Source of the DNA: an uncultured candidate division Zixibacteria bacterium
Lineage (GTDB): Bacteria; Zixibacteria; MSB-5A5; UBA10806; 4484-95
Assembly (NCBI GenBank): GCA_963668625.2
Contig: CAXXKA010000006.1
Span: 855,122 to 919,121, forward strand
DNA: 64,000 nucleotides
Direction: 5' to 3'
Shown here: piece after piece, positions 60,307 to 64,000 of the stretch
Layout: each line of letters opens with the position of its first letter
Numbering within the stretch: position 1 is the first letter of the stretch
The notes under the pieces: model-generated
What the model saw: the letters and a program-made list of their open reading frames with translations, nothing else
Told to the model about the DNA's origin: nothing
Database searches by the model: none
Position numbers and translations under genes: made by a program

Positions 60307-62076
60307 ATGGTGAAAAGGTTTTTATTTTTAACATTGATCGTGTCATTGTTAGTGGCCGGCAGTGCTTTTGCGGAACTGTCAAAGACAGCACCTATGGTTA
60401 ATCACAAGCAGATAAAAGGTGATGAGATCATAAATGTGGAAAACGCAATTCCATACACCCCTGGTTTGGCCACTGAGTCACCGGGCGAAATCGTTGGTTA
60501 TACTTATTACGATTATCAGAGCAATGGTTCCAGCGGTAATCGTGTTGAAGTTTTTGAGAACGGCAACAAATACTTTGCTTTCATGAAACTATTCGGCTGG
60601 CCTTATCCGCCGGCTCCCCGTCACGTTTACCATAACTGGGTTGATTCTGATGGCGTCTTTTACTACAATGACGAGGGTAGTCAGGTAAGTGAGAATAGTG
60701 GCGCAGGCTACACCAATATGGATATCTATGATGGTAACCGTGCCGCTATCTTCTATCATAATGGTGACAACAACTATGTCTCTATAGAGGATGAACCCCT
60801 GGGTTTAGGTTTCTTCACTCAATACCAGATTCCTAATGAATTATATCCCCAAACAACTCCCAGCCCGGGCCTCTGTGCCTGGCCTTATGGTGCGATAGAT
60901 GGCCAAAACTTCATTCATGTGGTTGCTTCAGAAAACACAGATAGCCGTCTTCAAAGGATGGGTTACACCCGCTCAGAAGATGGTGGCTCAACCTGGTCGG
61001 ATTTCGTGCTGGTTGATACTGTAATGGTAATAGGTACGACTATAGCCTCCTCGCCGGTCTCCAATCGTGTTGTAATAGCCTATCCAAAAACTACTGATAC
61101 TACAACCCAGTGGTATAACGATATTTGTTACTACGCTTCTGACGACGGTACTACTTGGAACTGGCGCTATGGCCGTAACAATGTGACCAACTACGGCACC
61201 GACAACGATTCGCTCTGGGCCTATACCGATCTAGATGTGTTGATCGACTATAACGACGATATCCAGCTCTTATGGAATGCTCAATGGGTGACCGATGAAG
61301 GTATCTACTACAAAACGTTCATGGAGCACTGGAGTGAGGCTACCGATCAGATCACCACTATCCAGGATTTCCCGGATTCGTTGTGGGGTGATATCTCCGG
61401 CGCATGGAATCGTTCGATGTGTAAGATGAGCCTGGGCACGAGAGAGTCCGATAAAGCCCTGTTCGCGACCTGGACTCAGTTTGACACCTCTGATGTCTCC
61501 GTCGGTGGTTTCGCTAATGGCGAGATTTACGCAACCGGTAGCCTTGACGGCGGTTTAAACTGGAAAGATCCGATCAATATAACCAATTCGCATACTCCTG
61601 ATTGTTACCCGGGTGAGTGCGACAGTGATCACTGGTCGAGCCTGGCTGAGGTCGTGGATGATGATATTCACGTACTCTACACCAACGATAAGGATGCCGG
61701 CGGTATTCCTCAGGAAGAGGGTGCAGCTACTGAGAATCCGATGAAATATCTAACTTACATGGCTGATTCCTTGCTGCCTCCCACATCTGTTGGTGAAATC
61801 GATAACCTGCCGACTAATTTCGCCTTAAACCAGAACTACCCCAACCCGTTCAACGCCACCACCACTATCTCGTTCAGTTTGAAAACCGATGGTGACGTGA
61901 CTGTCGATATCTATGATATCACGGGCGCCAAGGTTACTACTCTGGTTAACGGTAGCTTAGCTGCCGGCGAACATCATGTTAACTGGAATGCCTCAGATGT
62001 CGCCTCCGGCGTTTACTATTACAAACTTACCGCCGATGGCGTTTCCGAGACCAAGCAGGCTATGTTGATCAAATAA
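60307..62076 (+). CDS. Secreted BNR/Asp-box (beta-propeller-like) protein with T9SS/FlgD-type C-terminal domain
   Basis: Signal peptide, SEDGGSTW, SDDGTTW, SLDGGLNW Asp boxes; LNQNYPNPFNATT...ASGVYYYKL; strong SD TAAGGAG. Confidence 0.85.
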   Translation: MVKRFLFLTLIVSLLVAGSAFAELSKTAPMVNHKQIKGDEIINVENAIPYTPGLATESPGEIVGYTYYDYQSNGSSGNRVEVFENGNKYFAFMKLFGWPYPPAPRHVYHNWVDSDGVFYYNDEGSQVSENSGAGYTNMDIYDGNRAAIFYHNGDNNYVSIEDEPLGLGFFTQYQIPNELYPQTTPSPGLCAWPYGAIDGQNFIHVVASENTDSRLQRMGYTRSEDGGSTWSDFVLVDTVMVIGTTIASSPVSNRVVIAYPKTTDTTTQWYNDICYYASDDGTTWNWRYGRNNVTNYGTDNDSLWAYTDLDVLIDYNDDIQLLWNAQWVTDEGIYYKTFMEHWSEATDQITTIQDFPDSLWGDISGAWNRSMCKMSLGTRESDKALFATWTQFDTSDVSVGGFANGEIYATGSLDGGLNWKDPINITNSHTPDCYPGECDSDHWSSLAEVVDDDIHVLYTNDKDAGGIPQEEGAATENPMKYLTYMADSLLPPTSVGEIDNLPTNFALNQNYPNPFNATTTISFSLKTDGDVTVDIYDITGAKVTTLVNGSLAAGEHHVNWNASDVASGVYYYKLTADGVSETKQAMLIK

Positions 62077-62098
62077 AAAATACATTGCCTCAGATATT

Positions 62099-62130
62099 AA
62101 AGCGGTCGATTATTCGACCGCTTTTTTATT
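62099..62130 (+). terminator. Intrinsic terminator
   Basis: AAAGCGGTCGA-TTAT-TCGACCGCTTT-TTT. Confidence 0.85.
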
Positions 62131-62441
62131 TATCTCCGTTTATCCGACACTTGTACAGTTAAGTATAGTATGCATCGTGCTCGGCTAGAGAAACTATCAC
62201 TATTTTATTGTTACAAAATGTTTTAAGTAAGAGCAGTTTTATTTTACATAGTCATAAATAGCAACAAAAATAGCTTGACTTTCTAGAGCTCAATAAACAA
62301 ATTGTAGGGAATATTTTTGGGGCTTGTTTGTATTTAATTTAGCTAGATACTGTTAGAAGATGCGGGAGTGGATGAATTACAACGCAAATCCTGGGTTGAA
62401 AATGAGATTATAATTAATATACCAAGTTAGGAGGTTGAGGT

Positions 62442-64000
62442 ATGAAGTTGCTAAGGTTTTCCGGTGTTGTCATTCTTTTGGCAATAACATTATGCTATCA
62501 GATGGCTTTAGCCGGAACAACCGGTAAAATAACCGGCGAGGTGTTGGATAGAGAAAACAATCAGCCGGTTATTGGTGCTCGAGTTCAGATCGATGGTACC
62601 ACCATGGGCGCTATGGCGAATCCCATGGACGGATCTTATATCATTCAGAACATTCCGCCAGGTACCTACACGATAGTAGCATCATGTATCGGTTACAATT
62701 CTATGACTGTTACGAATTTAGTTGTTCATGTCGATGTGACGACCGAGCAGAATTTTACTATGGTATCTCAAGCTATTGAGATCGATTCTGTTGTGGTTAT
62801 CGCAGAGGTAAAAGAAATCGATAAATATGAAACGAGTGGCGTCGATCGTATCGGCGCACGCGAGATTAAAGCTCTTCCCGTGACGAATATCCAGGGAATC
62901 GTAAAGATGCAAACCGGGTTTCGTTTCTCATGGTGGCGCTTTACACGTTCGTGGTTCTCGTGCCGGCGAGCTTGGATTCGTCGATGACGGCGTTTTGATT
63001 CGCGATAACCTGGGTGGTTATGGCGAAACGAATGTCAGTGGCAACGAATCAACGCCGATCTCGAGGCTTTCCATGAATGTTTCCTCGTCTGATATCGAGG
63101 ATGTCTCGATCATGAAAGGCAACTACTCGGCCGAATACGGCAACGTTTCGGGCGGTCTGGTGACCCACACAGCGTAAAGAAGGCAGCAACAAGACTACGC
63201 GAGTAAATCTCGAATTTTTAACTGATGATTTCGGTTTCCCTGAGCTCAATGATTATTCCAATAATATGGATCATTATTTCATGAGCTTGAGCGGGCCGGT
63301 TCCGTTACTCTCCGAAAGATTATTCCCCGCTTTGAGTTTGAAATGGCCGGGCGAGAAAATGTCGTACTACACGAGTTTCTCGGTTGACCAGGAGGATACA
63401 TACGTTGACCTACAACGATTATCCCTCGGCCAAATCTCAAATCGATTATGGAACAGAAGAGTTCCTGGGTATGACAATCCCCAAGAAGAGGGTTAATAAG
63501 TATGCGGGATTCGCCAAGCTGACATGGAAGCTCGATTCGAATTCGCGTTACAAACTAAATTTCCGTTATTCGAAAGAATGGAGCGATGCGCGTAATTTCA
63601 CTTTCGCATATCTTTATTCTCCTCAAACAGCTACTATAATCGAATCGTCTACTGAAATTAATTCGGTCAGATTCTCGTTCAATCCGCCATTCTTGAAAGA
63701 CACATTCGGTGAGCTGATGTTCAGTGAAGTTACCCAGACTTACGAACGCAAGCCCGGCGGTTTAACGCCTTCCGATTTTTACGTCCCGGTTGAAGGTTTT
63801 CGAAAGCTACACTGATGCTAATAACAACGGACAATGGGATGCCGCTGAAAGTTTCGAGGATCTCAACGGCGATGGTGTTTGGGGCGAACCTTACACCGAT
63901 GACAATAGGAATGGCATGTGGGATAGCGGTGAGCCTTTCGCCGATCTCAATAATAACGGCGAATGGGACCCCGAACCTTTCGTGGATAGTAACAGTAATG
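62442..64000 (+). pseudogene. TonB-dependent receptor with N-terminal carboxypeptidase-like domain; four +1 frameshifts (sequencing error or pseudogene); truncated at window edge
   Basis: AGTTGKITG.V.D..., plug HVRGSRAGE, GNYSAEYGNVSGGLV; joining frames at about 62917, 63165, 63405 and 63799 gives a continuous protein. Confidence 0.8.

Noticed and set aside
62362-62400. GCGGGAGTGG.. resembling a tRNA-Leu 5' end
   Set aside because: No T-arm GTTC motif or acceptor stem partner
62900-63810. Programmed frameshifting or phase variation in the TonB receptor
   Set aside because: Four independent +1 events in very short runs; sequencing error is more parsimonious

Overview
Mostly core bacterial chromosome of an anaerobic diderm. 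The style (several secreted proteins with NYPNPFN/FlgD-Ig-type C-terminal domains, a giant kinase-sigma54 fusion, qmoAB) suggests candidate division Zixibacteria or a related FCB-group lineage; this is inference only. From left to right: qmoB (partial) and qmoA; a c-di-GMP protein; PAP2 and CAAX-protease genes; a Na+/H+ antiporter; a diguanylate cyclase-nagZ-anmK-spoIID operon; an S8 protease; two ECF sigma/anti-sigma pairs; tsaA; an operon with divergent sucCD, a decayed MNT-HEPN toxin-antitoxin pair, asparaginase II and tryptophanase; a 12-PAS LuxR regulator; rocD; comEA-pilM-like-rsmD-coaD; a tandem DsrC/TusE-like protein; nfeD/slipin; yceD-rpmF-plsX-fabHDG-acpP-fabF-rnc; and an orphan etfB. 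The best candidate for a new system is at 51.8-64 kb. There, a 1732-aa Ser/Thr kinase-STAND NTPase-TPR-GAF-sigma54 activator, with a possible internal translation start, precedes a sigma54 promoter, two CTD-bearing secreted proteins, a lipoate-ligase-like gene and a TonB-dependent receptor with Ca-binding-like repeats and four +1 frameshifts. Intergenic regions hold several families of REP/REPIN- and MITE-like palindromes. No rRNA, tRNA, CRISPR array or transposase was seen. All motif calls and alignments were done by eye.
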